From IMG/VR virus record IMGVR_UViG_3300027801_001565: a stretch of DNA of 64,000 bases; one strand, written 5' to 3'. Origin of the DNA: a virus. A program made the translations under genes and the position numbers. A model generated the notes under the pieces. The model was not told the DNA's origin, did not search any database, and saw only the letters and a program-made list of their open reading frames with translations. Shown one piece after another: positions 1 to 8,326 of the stretch (the first letter of the stretch is position 1; every line of letters begins with the position of its first letter).

Positions 1-616
1 CATCTAGGAGATCTTGAAGTTCTTGTTGAAGTGGCTCCAACTCGTCTTGTCTTTCTTCTGATTCTGCTTTAGACATGTCAGCCAGTTCGAGAGATAATAC
101 TTTAACATCTTCCCAAGTTTCTGTCTTTGCAACTCTGTCTAGAAAATTCTGTTCGTCAGCTGTAAATTTAAGACCTAGTAAGTGGCCTATTTTAAAGTGA
201 AGGTTAACTCTGTCTACGAATGGGAGTTTAGATAAGTCTCTTCCTTTAACACCAAAAAAGTCTTTGTCGAATAATTCTTGGTACCCTTTATGAAATGACT
301 TTGTTAGTCCAGGGTATTGGGCTTTAATTTTTCTTTCAATCCTTGCGTCTTCTATAATGTTGTAGAAGGCTTTAAGATTAGGAGTATCACAAACCGCATC
401 ATGCCATCCTTCCTCAGGAGTGTTACGAGCATGGCCAACTTCATGTCCAATAAACAAATCATATAGATCGTTTGACATCTCTTTCCAAACTGGAAGATAT
501 AATGTACGAGCCTTGACATCAAATGCCGCTGTACTCATCTTAGGATCATGTACAATACTGATGTCTTCAGTAGCTAATAGCTTGGCTAGTATTGTCTTTG
601 TTTCGATTTGATTCAT
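1..616 (-). CDS. CobT/VWA-associated metallopeptidase-like protein of T4-like phages (N-terminal part, runs off the window)
   Basis: Not in ORF track. Manual translation from ATG at 616: MNQIETKTILAKLLATEDISIVHDPKMSTAAFDVKARTLYLPVWKEMSNDLYDLFIGHEVGHARNTP; HExxH motif; GAGG Shine-Dalgarno upstream. Confidence 0.75.
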   Translation of the reverse strand, partial: MNQIETKTILAKLLATEDISIVHDPKMSTAAFDVKARTLYLPVWKEMSNDLYDLFIGHEVGHARNTPEEGWHDAVCDTPNLKAFYNIIEDARIERKIKAQYPGLTKSFHKGYQELFDKDFFGVKGRDLSKLPFVDRVNLHFKIGHLLGLKFTADEQNFLDRVAKTETWEDVKVLSLELADMSKAESEERQDELEPLQQELQDLLD

Positions 617-645
617 AAAGTCCTCACTTTGTTTGTTTTCTTCAT
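613..645 (-). CDS. Leader mini-cistron MKKTNKVRTL, stop overlaps next start (ATGA)
   Basis: Read directly; paralogous leaders at 45130-45165 and 45462-45492. Confidence 0.5.
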   Translation of the reverse strand: MKKTNKVRTL

Positions 646-656
646 TTTATAGTACT

Positions 657-685
657 ATTATGCACTCTTTAGAAGCTTAAGTCAA
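657..685 (-). promoter_or_regulatory. sigma70-type early promoter TTGACT-N17-CATAAT
   Basis: Consensus match with 17-nt spacer; near-identical context to promoters at 45177-45205 and 45502-45530. Confidence 0.8.
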
Positions 686-713
686 GCACTTTATGAAATC
701 TTTTCTCCTGTTA

Positions 714-726
714 TATCAGTAACTTA
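714..726 (+). promoter_or_regulatory. Putative IHF site TATCAGTAACTTA
   Basis: Matches WATCARNNNNTTR; same 12-mer ATCAGTAACTTA recurs at 45570-45581 upstream of another early promoter. Confidence 0.5.
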
Positions 727-2269
727 CGTCAAAAGTTATAGATATTTGCCTTCCACCTGCTCCATATCCAGGGATTATCTCGAATTCATTGTCGAAAAGG
801 TCCTGAATCTGTATGCCAAGGCGTGTTGTTGGGTTAATCCAATTACCGTAGTTGATTGAGAATACTGATACATCATCAATTGGCCTGCCAATATAGTCCA
901 GTCCCTTATCAAATTCGCCTGCGTACTCAAATGACACATCACCATATGGTGCCTTTGTAACTGTCCAAGCAAACATTGTTCTATACTTAGCCTGAGAGGA
1001 TACATCTGTATCAATCAATCCAACATAAGCAAAGAACTCACCAACGTCTGTCATGTATGTTTTTCTAATGTTCATACCTCTAGAAATGTAGTTGCCTGTA
1101 TTAACATACTGCTGATTAGCGCTGTCATAATCTATACCTTCAGAGAAGTCATAATAGAATACTGATACAAGATCCCAACCAACTGTTAGTCCAATTGCTT
1201 CCTCACTTGATAAATCGGGGCTTGCTACAACATAGTCATCACCGTATCGTTCGTAAAGACTAGGACGCCTAACACTATTACCTAATGATATATTAAACTT
1301 ACCTAGCTTAGTACCAACTCTAATTGTGTGATCTCCTTCCTCAGTTCTAATACCTAACCCTACATTATTATAATCGTAATTCAAGTAACCAGCTACTGTG
1401 TCTCGCCAGTAGCCTAGCGTTGCTGTATCGTATGACTCTCTTTGTGCTGTTATACCTACAAGTAGTCCTGGCATTATCTCTTTGTTTACATCACTATATA
1501 TTCTATCTGATTTAGATTCCCAGCCCGTATTATGTTTGGAATCATCTAAGGTATATCCGAATGTAAAGATATCATTTCTTAATGAGGTATCTACTTTGTA
1601 TCCTTCTTGACTACAATCGTTTGAGGGAGTCCACCCTACCCAACAATTATCATAATCATATTTGTATTCTTGGTAACTAGAAACTAGTGTCCAGTCTTTG
1701 TACTCTCGTTTTGTTTTAAACGATATTGTTTCAAAGAAGTCTTCTTCTTCATTGTCTGTTCTTACTGAACCATTAGATCCTTTGTATGCTGATAGTTGAA
1801 AGTTCTCATGTCCTACTACTAGGTTAACTAAACCATCACCGCCTTTATAAAAAACAGATCTATCGAAGTTGTCCTCAATAAGAACTACACCTCCCATAGA
1901 TGAGCTACCATATAATGCTGTTGGTCCTTGGTATATTTTATACGATTGGAATAAAGGAATATCTAATCCTATATTATACCAACCGGAACCTGGATCGTTT
2001 ACAGGGATCCCGTTTCTATATACTGCTGTATGTTTTGCGTCTGTGCCATTTAGTTTTGGTGCCATGAAGCCACCAACACCACCGGGGGTGTATAACATCG
2101 TAGGGTGTAGTGCTTCTATTGCAGATGAATCCGTTTCCGGATCTGAGTCTGTAACAGATATCGTTGCGCCTACAACTATTACTTCTTCTATGTCTGAGGC
2201 GTATACTGTTGTCGTAAAAAATCCTACAAGCAATAATGCAAGTAGGAGTTTAGTGTTATTAACGTTCAT
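716..2269 (-). CDS. TonB-dependent outer-membrane receptor (compact, BtuB-like)
   Basis: Signal peptide; TonB-box-like IEEVIVVG; plug motifs (HTAVYRNGIPVND, QGPTALYGSSSMGGVV); C-terminal DLFDNEF..GRQISITFDVSY with terminal aromatic residue. Confidence 0.85.
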   Translation of the reverse strand: MNVNNTKLLLALLLVGFFTTTVYASDIEEVIVVGATISVTDSDPETDSSAIEALHPTMLYTPGGVGGFMAPKLNGTDAKHTAVYRNGIPVNDPGSGWYNIGLDIPLFQSYKIYQGPTALYGSSSMGGVVLIEDNFDRSVFYKGGDGLVNLVVGHENFQLSAYKGSNGSVRTDNEEEDFFETISFKTKREYKDWTLVSSYQEYKYDYDNCWVGWTPSNDCSQEGYKVDTSLRNDIFTFGYTLDDSKHNTGWESKSDRIYSDVNKEIMPGLLVGITAQRESYDTATLGYWRDTVAGYLNYDYNNVGLGIRTEEGDHTIRVGTKLGKFNISLGNSVRRPSLYERYGDDYVVASPDLSSEEAIGLTVGWDLVSVFYYDFSEGIDYDSANQQYVNTGNYISRGMNIRKTYMTDVGEFFAYVGLIDTDVSSQAKYRTMFAWTVTKAPYGDVSFEYAGEFDKGLDYIGRPIDDVSVFSINYGNWINPTTRLGIQIQDLFDNEFEIIPGYGAGGRQISITFDVSY

Positions 2270-2292
2270 TTTTCTCCTAATTTATTTTATTA

Positions 2293-2742
2293 TTATTTAG
2301 ATAGAGATTCTATCCATTTTTTACATCCTTTGATTCCGTAACCAAAAGAAGCACCTGCTTCACCGCAGGGATAATGCTTAAGATAAGCTTCCCTGTCTGT
2401 AAGTCCTCGATTTCTCTTTTTCCTAGGGAGGTCCATCCATTGACAATACTGTCCTGTTCCATCCACATAAAAACATGTGTTGTATGTAGGCCAGGATGTC
2501 TTTCTCGATGGTTTGTTTATTGGGCTGATGGGAGGTATAATTACTGTCCCGTCAGGCAAAATAATTGTTGCATGGTTTGGGACTCTTTTATCCTGTTTAA
2601 ATTCATTAACAAGAACACCCCCAATAATAGATCCTATGATGAGGTTATTAAATTCTGCATCTGCTTGTGCTGGTTGCGAAAATACACCTACTAGTAGTCC
2701 TAGTAATGCGCCTGCAATAAAAGTTCCGTATCGTAGTCTCAT
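2293..2742 (-). CDS. Secreted/membrane hypothetical protein with glycine-zipper-like segment
   Basis: Signal peptide ending AQA; IIGSIIGGVLV. Confidence 0.6.
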   Translation of the reverse strand: MRLRYGTFIAGALLGLLVGVFSQPAQADAEFNNLIIGSIIGGVLVNEFKQDKRVPNHATIILPDGTVIIPPISPINKPSRKTSWPTYNTCFYVDGTGQYCQWMDLPRKKRNRGLTDREAYLKHYPCGEAGASFGYGIKGCKKWIESLSK

Positions 2743-2879
2743 TATTTATCCGCCTTATCTTTTAGGAGTTTTTCAATTCTCCTTTGCTGTTCCTTTATCT
2801 TTTCTGCTTGGTGCATTATTGTGAGGAACTCTTTATCTACTTCGCTCCTTTGTGGAAACTCTATTACTTTATCAGCCAT
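2742..2879 (-). CDS. Small hypothetical protein (45 aa, MADKVIEFPQR...)
   Basis: Manual ORF with AGGAG SD; TAATG overlap with next gene. Confidence 0.6.
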   Translation of the reverse strand: MADKVIEFPQRSEVDKEFLTIMHQAEKIKEQQRRIEKLLKDKADK

Positions 2880-2919
2880 ATATTCTCTCCTTTATTTACT
2901 ATAAGACTAAGTATACTAT

Positions 2920-3522
2920 CTATTTAACCTTTTGTAAAGTACTCTTCGTTGTTTTTGGTCCTTTACTTTTCTTGTTAGCAGCTTTGTTTCTAAGTTCTAA
3001 ACGCTTCGTAACTTGGTCTGGTGTCATCCAATAATCCTTACCTCTTATCATCTCTTCAATTTCTTTGTCTGTAAGGAAGTCCTTGTACACTTGTTTAAAG
3101 AGTTGAGTAGCCCATTTGTTATCTGCCATTACACTCTCTAGTTGTTCATGTCCTTTACCCCAATTACCTGAGCTGTAAGTATGGAACATGAAGTGAGAAT
3201 GATCTGATATCTCACATACATCTGCACATAAGAATATTAGAGTGGCTGCTGACATACACATGCCTTCTACCGAGGCAACTACTGTTGCTGGGCATTGGGA
3301 TATAGATCTCATTAACTGAATAGCTGTAAATATTTCACCACCAGATGAATTGATGTGAATAATAACCGCATCGTTCTCACCGGCTTGTCTCATTAACTGG
3401 TTCCAATCCTGATACTCTTTAGCATCTGTAATTGTACCTGTTAGATAAAAGTCGTATACTCGTGCCAGTGGACGTTCATATGCGTTTTGTAATTGTAGGG
3501 CTTTATTGTTAGACTCGTTCAT
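2920..3522 (-). CDS. ClpP-like serine protease
   Basis: INSSGGEIFTA, GMCMSAAT (catalytic Ser), FMFH (His), DYWMTPDQ. Confidence 0.85.
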   Translation of the reverse strand: MNESNNKALQLQNAYERPLARVYDFYLTGTITDAKEYQDWNQLMRQAGENDAVIIHINSSGGEIFTAIQLMRSISQCPATVVASVEGMCMSAATLIFLCADVCEISDHSHFMFHTYSSGNWGKGHEQLESVMADNKWATQLFKQVYKDFLTDKEIEEMIRGKDYWMTPDQVTKRLELRNKAANKKSKGPKTTKSTLQKVK

Positions 3523-3862
3523 AATATCTCGTTACCGCCTTAATCTTTTCAATCTGTGTATCAATGATAGCCACTCTGTTAGGCCAATGTATATATTCCT
3601 TTTCAGGATTCTTTTGCAAATTGTAAAGTAGAGGAAGAACAAGATCTTCTACGTCACGAAGTTTAGTTGCCACGTCGGACTCAATTAACGCTCTGTGTTC
3701 GTTAACCATTCCAGAGTTATCAGCTTGTAGAATTTTTGCTTCTAACTGCGTGAGTTTATCTAGTAATTTATCTGTTTCAATAGAAGGAGCAATAGCCTGT
3801 TGAGGGTTTAAATTCTCTGGTTCGTCTACTGCTGTAAAGCCAAAATCGAAAGCGTCTGCCAT
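3509..3862 (-). CDS. Conserved T4-like phage hypothetical protein
   Basis: FDFGFTAVDE...LPLLYNLQKNPEKEYIHWPNR; late promoter upstream. Confidence 0.7.
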   Translation of the reverse strand: MADAFDFGFTAVDEPENLNPQQAIAPSIETDKLLDKLTQLEAKILQADNSGMVNEHRALIESDVATKLRDVEDLVLPLLYNLQKNPEKEYIHWPNRVAIIDTQIEKIKAVTRYYERV

Positions 3863-3882
3863 GATGTCTCCTTATTATATAT

Positions 3883-3890
3883 TATTTATA
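3883..3890 (-). promoter_or_regulatory. T4-type late promoter TATAAATA
   Basis: Exact gp55 consensus in an intergenic gap. Confidence 0.7.
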
Positions 3891-3891
3891 A

Positions 3892-4461
3892 CTACTTCTT
3901 AGGAGAAGATAGCCTTTGGTATTTCTTAATCTTTTTATCTATAGACTTAAGAGCTCTTTTAATTTTCTCTTTAGACGCTCTCATAGTAAAGTTCTGTCCG
4001 AGCATGTGATCGTATTCATGTTGTATTACTCTTGATGTAATACCTTCATACGTCTCCATCTTTTCTTCACCTAACTCGTCCCAATACTTAATCATACATA
4101 CTGTAGGTCTTGAAATCATTAACCACAGTCCCGGGAACGATAAGCATCCTTCTTTCATTGCTTCTGTCTCTTTACCTACACCCATGATCTCTGGGTTAAA
4201 GAATGCCTTTTGCATTCCATCAGGTTGTCCGTCGCCAATTACAAACACCTTGGCGTCTATGCCAACTTGGTTAGCAGACAATCCTACTCCACCTAGTTCA
4301 GCCATTCTCTCTAACAAACGAGCCTTTAGTGCAGGTGCATCGTTGCCTTCAAATACATAAGGAGTAGGAGGTGTTCTAAGTTGAGGGTCTGCAAAGTTTA
4401 TAAGCTCTAGTGGATCTACTTCCGTTGCTTCTTGTACTTCTGTCAATTCCATTTCTTCCAT
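3892..4461 (-). CDS. def: Peptide deformylase
   Basis: GVGLSANQVG, EGCLS and QHEYDHMLG motifs. Confidence 0.95.
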   Translation of the reverse strand: MEEMELTEVQEATEVDPLELINFADPQLRTPPTPYVFEGNDAPALKARLLERMAELGGVGLSANQVGIDAKVFVIGDGQPDGMQKAFFNPEIMGVGKETEAMKEGCLSFPGLWLMISRPTVCMIKYWDELGEEKMETYEGITSRVIQHEYDHMLGQNFTMRASKEKIKRALKSIDKKIKKYQRLSSPKK

Positions 4462-4463
4462 AA

Positions 4464-4823
4464 TTAATTTCCTATTGTTGGTCGTTTATCGTCTTCAATT
4501 ATTCCGTCGTAACCTTTGAATCTATAGTATACTGTTATCTCTTCGCCTGACTTAATAGGCATAGTAGCATACAATGTTCTGTCACCTGCATCAGTAGTAA
4601 TAAAACAGTTTGGATTCTCACTATGATTTATAAAACCTCCGAGGGGCGTTCTAATCCATTCATGTCTGTCTCTGCTGTGTACTAACACATGGGTCTCACC
4701 AAAGACCGTACCGGCATCAAAAGATTGCTCTGCATGTAATCCTAAACCTTCGATCTTACTCTTCTTAATTGTAAGCCCTATAGGAAGTGGTCTGTATGTT
4801 GCGTTGGTATTAATTTTCATCAT
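4464..4823 (-). CDS. Minimal SET-domain protein (lysine methyltransferase-like)
   Basis: GLGLHA, FINHSENPN, GEEITVYY SET motifs. Confidence 0.85.
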   Translation of the reverse strand: MMKINTNATYRPLPIGLTIKKSKIEGLGLHAEQSFDAGTVFGETHVLVHSRDRHEWIRTPLGGFINHSENPNCFITTDAGDRTLYATMPIKSGEEITVYYRFKGYDGIIEDDKRPTIGN

Positions 4824-5139
4824 CCAACTTAGCTATATATTGTTGGTAACCACCAATTGATTCTCCGTCTACTATTATCTGTGGGAAGGTTCGAGCAGTT
4901 GGAAACTTCTCAAAAAACTCTTCCTCAGTATAGTCTGCATCTAACATGAAGTATTCATGGTCTATGTTTCTTTGTTTGGAAATATTCTTAGCTGCATCAC
5001 AATATGTGCATCTAGACTTTCCATATATTTCTACCTTCATTTTTATCTCCTTCTTAAAAATCTTATCCCAATTATCTGAGTACGCCTTATCGTTGGCGTT
5101 CCTTCTTTTGGAACCCTTACCACCGTGCCACTGGCTCAC
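4810..5139 (-). CDS. Glutaredoxin with in-frame N-terminal basic peptide (second start likely at 5040)
   Basis: CTYC, TFPQI, IGGY; AGGAGA SD before MKVEIY at 5040. Confidence 0.85.
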   Translation of the reverse strand: MSQWHGGKGSKRRNANDKAYSDNWDKIFKKEIKMKVEIYGKSRCTYCDAAKNISKQRNIDHEYFMLDADYTEEEFFEKFPTARTFPQIIVDGESIGGYQQYIAKLDDEN

Positions 5140-6809
5140 TTACTAATAACAGAATAGTTCTGTCTCTTCTCAAACCTAATAACAGATCTAAATTTATCAA
5201 ACAACTGATCACCCTTGTGTGAGATTACAAATACATTCGTATCATCACCTATAGTGTTCAACAGTTGCATCACATAGTCTGTTCCATTGTTATCTAAACT
5301 ACTATCAAACACTTCATCTAATAGTAGTATGTTTGTACTAGCGCTGTTCTTCATCTTAGCAATCGTTCGCCATGTAAACACTAGGGCTAAATCTATTCTT
5401 TGTTTCTCACCTTCACTAAAAGATGCGTAACTAAATTTGTCTCTGTGTCTAGACTTAATAGTCTCTTTAAATGTGCCGTCTAAATCAAACTGCACAAAGA
5501 AGTCCATCGCTGCTAAATATTTGTTTACAAGTTTATTTATTATAGGTAGATAGGCTTTTATGATTTTTGTTTTAATACCGGTATCCTTCAGCATAGACTG
5601 TGCGACGCTGTAGTACTGGCCTGTTTCACTTAGCTCTGTTCTGTTTACTGTTTTAGTTATAGCTTCTTTAGCTAATGTTTTTAATTTCTTTCTTTCGTCT
5701 GTAATGTTACCTACTTTAGTTTCAGTATCATTTAATTCTAGTTGTAGTCGCTGTTGTATTCTTTGTTGTGTAATGATCTCATTATTAGACTCCATAATCT
5801 TACTGTCCAACTCTGAAACCTTTGCTACAAGAACTTCAACCTCATCATACTTTATATTCAATTCTGTAAGAGCACTATCAAGAGCTGAGATCTTTGACTT
5901 ATCTCTTGTAGTTATAGTCTCCTTGTGTTCGTGTTCTATGCCTTGCTGACATGTAGGACACTCTTCATTTGAATCAAAGAATTCTATTTGCTTTCTGTGT
6001 GAACTGATTTGTCCTTCAAATTTTGTTCTATATCCTTCAAGTTGTCTTTTCTTTTCTGAAACAGTACCAATCGCCTGCTTTGCCTCTGTTGTCTGTCGAA
6101 CCTCATCTTGAGCCGTCTTGATCGCATTATCAGTTTCCTTTATTGTTTCTACGATTGCTTTAACCTTAGAGGACTTATCGTCTTCTAGTGTCTTGATATA
6201 CTGTTCTTGTATTGTAGCTTTTTGTTTGGCTACAGTCAAGTCTCCTTCAACTATTCTTTTCTTATTTTCCAAGTCTGCTAGTTTAGTTTTTAAAACATCG
6301 TTCATAGATGAGAATATACTAATGTCTAATATGTCCTCAATTATCTCACGTCGAGCACCCAGGTGTAACTGCATGAAGGGAGTGAATGATGCACTACCTA
6401 ACATAACAATCTGAGTAAACGATTTATAGTTAAGTTTTAAAATAGACTCTTCCAAATACTTCTGGAAGTCTCTTATGTTAGCGTTCTTATCTAACTGATC
6501 GCCGTTAATCTCGATGTCGAAAATCTTTGGGATCTCGCCACGCCTAATGAGATAATTCTTACTGCCTATACTAAATTCTATTTCTACTAACAGCTTCTTC
6601 TTATTTATAGAATTAATTAATTGGGGCTTGGATACAGATCTAAATGGCTTGTTAAACAATGCGAACGTTAATGCATCTAACATTGTACTCTTACCACTGC
6701 CGTTCTCTCCTAGTATTAATGTGCTAGGTGAATGATCAAACTTTATTTCTGTCCATGCGTTGCCAGTAGATAGAAAGTTTTTCCATCTTAAATTTTTAAA
6801 TATTATCAT
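5136..6809 (-). CDS. gp46: Recombination endonuclease subunit, SbcC/Rad50-like (T4 gp46)
   Basis: Walker A GENGSGKS, CPTC zinc hook, FSEGEK signature, LLDEVFD. Confidence 0.97.
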   Translation of the reverse strand: MIIFKNLRWKNFLSTGNAWTEIKFDHSPSTLILGENGSGKSTMLDALTFALFNKPFRSVSKPQLINSINKKKLLVEIEFSIGSKNYLIRRGEIPKIFDIEINGDQLDKNANIRDFQKYLEESILKLNYKSFTQIVMLGSASFTPFMQLHLGARREIIEDILDISIFSSMNDVLKTKLADLENKKRIVEGDLTVAKQKATIQEQYIKTLEDDKSSKVKAIVETIKETDNAIKTAQDEVRQTTEAKQAIGTVSEKKRQLEGYRTKFEGQISSHRKQIEFFDSNEECPTCQQGIEHEHKETITTRDKSKISALDSALTELNIKYDEVEVLVAKVSELDSKIMESNNEIITQQRIQQRLQLELNDTETKVGNITDERKKLKTLAKEAITKTVNRTELSETGQYYSVAQSMLKDTGIKTKIIKAYLPIINKLVNKYLAAMDFFVQFDLDGTFKETIKSRHRDKFSYASFSEGEKQRIDLALVFTWRTIAKMKNSASTNILLLDEVFDSSLDNNGTDYVMQLLNTIGDDTNVFVISHKGDQLFDKFRSVIRFEKRQNYSVISK

Positions 6810-7867
6810 AGAGTGTCCTGTGCCTCAATGTATAACGACTGTAATAGATTCTTAACTCTATGTTTATCTAAGTCTGTCTCTACTTGGTCTACATAATCTT
6901 TTAATAGTGTCATTGTATCCTCCAAGTCTATGTCCTCACCTAATGCCTCGTCCTCAAACTCTGAAAAGTCTTCAATAATTTTTAAGTCTATTAGGTTACA
7001 TGCGTATAGCTTGTCTACGAAATGATCAAACCTTGTGAAGTCTGTCTTCTTACTTACAATTAGTTTAACACAACCGCCGACAATAGAGTTAAAATCAAAA
7101 TTGCTAATATCATTGACACCTTCGAAATCGTTATCGTTGTAATAAATTTTGTGGAAGAGTCTAAACGGGTTGTCGCTGTAAGTAAGATCTCTTTTAACCG
7201 TGTCGAAAACGGCAAATCCCCTGGGATCGTTATAGTCAGACCAAGTAATTTCATAAGGGTTTCCCATATATGTAATGTTGCCTCGACTATGACGGTGATG
7301 GAAGTGGCCACTAACGACAAGATCAAACATGTTAACAGAACTAGGATCCATCCCATGAAGATTAGGCATTCCAGGAAGCATGTCATAACCCGCGAACTCA
7401 AAATGTCCGAAGCAAGTCTTTGCATCGGTTCCTTGTATTGCTTTAATTGTTTCATCATAATTTTCACCACATATCCATGGGAGAAATAATACCTTCTCCC
7501 GATCTAACATTATCTCAGTTGCTTCCTGATACAATGTAACGTTATCGTATCCCCCTAACAATAAGTTAGGAGAGTTTACATCATTTGTATTTTTAAAATA
7601 TGTATCATGATTGCCTGGAATCATATGTACATCAATGCCTAGCGATGATGCCTTATCAAAGAAGTATCTCTTACAAGACTGTAATGTATTAAAGTTTATA
7701 TACTTACGTCTATCAAACACATCTCCAAGATGGCAAATTGTTTTTATATCTTGCTCAACTAATTGAGGAAAGAAAAATTCATCATAAAATTTGGCAAAGT
7801 AAGCATCGAAAGCTAGGCTATCTGAGCGTGCACCAAAGTGTGTGTCTGTTACAAGAGCAACCTTCAT
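6806..7867 (-). CDS. gp47: Recombination endonuclease subunit, SbcD/Mre11-like (T4 gp47)
   Basis: TDTHFG, LGDVFD, GNHD, SGHFH phosphoesterase motifs. Confidence 0.97.
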   Translation of the reverse strand: MKVALVTDTHFGARSDSLAFDAYFAKFYDEFFFPQLVEQDIKTICHLGDVFDRRKYINFNTLQSCKRYFFDKASSLGIDVHMIPGNHDTYFKNTNDVNSPNLLLGGYDNVTLYQEATEIMLDREKVLFLPWICGENYDETIKAIQGTDAKTCFGHFEFAGYDMLPGMPNLHGMDPSSVNMFDLVVSGHFHHRHSRGNITYMGNPYEITWSDYNDPRGFAVFDTVKRDLTYSDNPFRLFHKIYYNDNDFEGVNDISNFDFNSIVGGCVKLIVSKKTDFTRFDHFVDKLYACNLIDLKIIEDFSEFEDEALGEDIDLEDTMTLLKDYVDQVETDLDKHRVKNLLQSLYIEAQDTL

Positions 7868-7870
7868 AGA

Positions 7871-8326
7871 TTACGCCTCGTATATCGCGCTGTTAGCTCC
7901 GTGTTCACGAACCTCACAAGACGTAGCGAAACATCTACCACCACTCTTTTCAGATACCAAGTTGTCTGCAAAATGAAATGCCTGCTCAGCAAACTTCTCA
8001 CAACCTACGCCATTCATAACTCTCACTTCTGAAAGTCCTCTAGCTTCTGTTTGTAAAAAGAATTCCATTTCAGGATCGTCTTTTGCTACTGCGTGCTTGT
8101 GATCAAAGTTATCTTTTAGCCATGCTTTAAGTTCTTTCAAGTCTCCAAAGTCGACTACCCAATTTTTGTCATCTAAAATATTACAACCAAATGTAAATTT
8201 AAAAGATAAAGCATAGCCGTGTAGTAAACTACAATGGCTGTGTAATGCTAGTGGTTGTCTAAACATACAGGATAATCCTTCTTCGTGTCCGTATGTCTTA
8301 GTTGATAAGTATTTAAATTCTTTCAT
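7871..8326 (-). CDS. queD: 6-carboxy-5,6,7,8-tetrahydropterin synthase
   Basis: HCSLLHGY, VVDFGDLK, FDH, CEKFAE, EHGANSAIY. Confidence 0.9.
   Translation of the reverse strand: MKEFKYLSTKTYGHEEGLSCMFRQPLALHSHCSLLHGYALSFKFTFGCNILDDKNWVVDFGDLKELKAWLKDNFDHKHAVAKDDPEMEFFLQTEARGLSEVRVMNGVGCEKFAEQAFHFADNLVSEKSGGRCFATSCEVREHGANSAIYEA

Noticed and set aside
1-616. Cobalamin biosynthesis (CobT) linked to the BtuB-like gene
   Set aside because: T4-like CobS/CobT-like proteins are AAA/VWA-peptidase pairs without evidence for cobalt chelation; it has its own early promoter, so adjacency is probably incidental
2270-2920. Cobalamin riboswitch upstream of the TonB receptor
   Set aside because: The space is filled by two coupled ORFs; no B12-box-like sequence recognised
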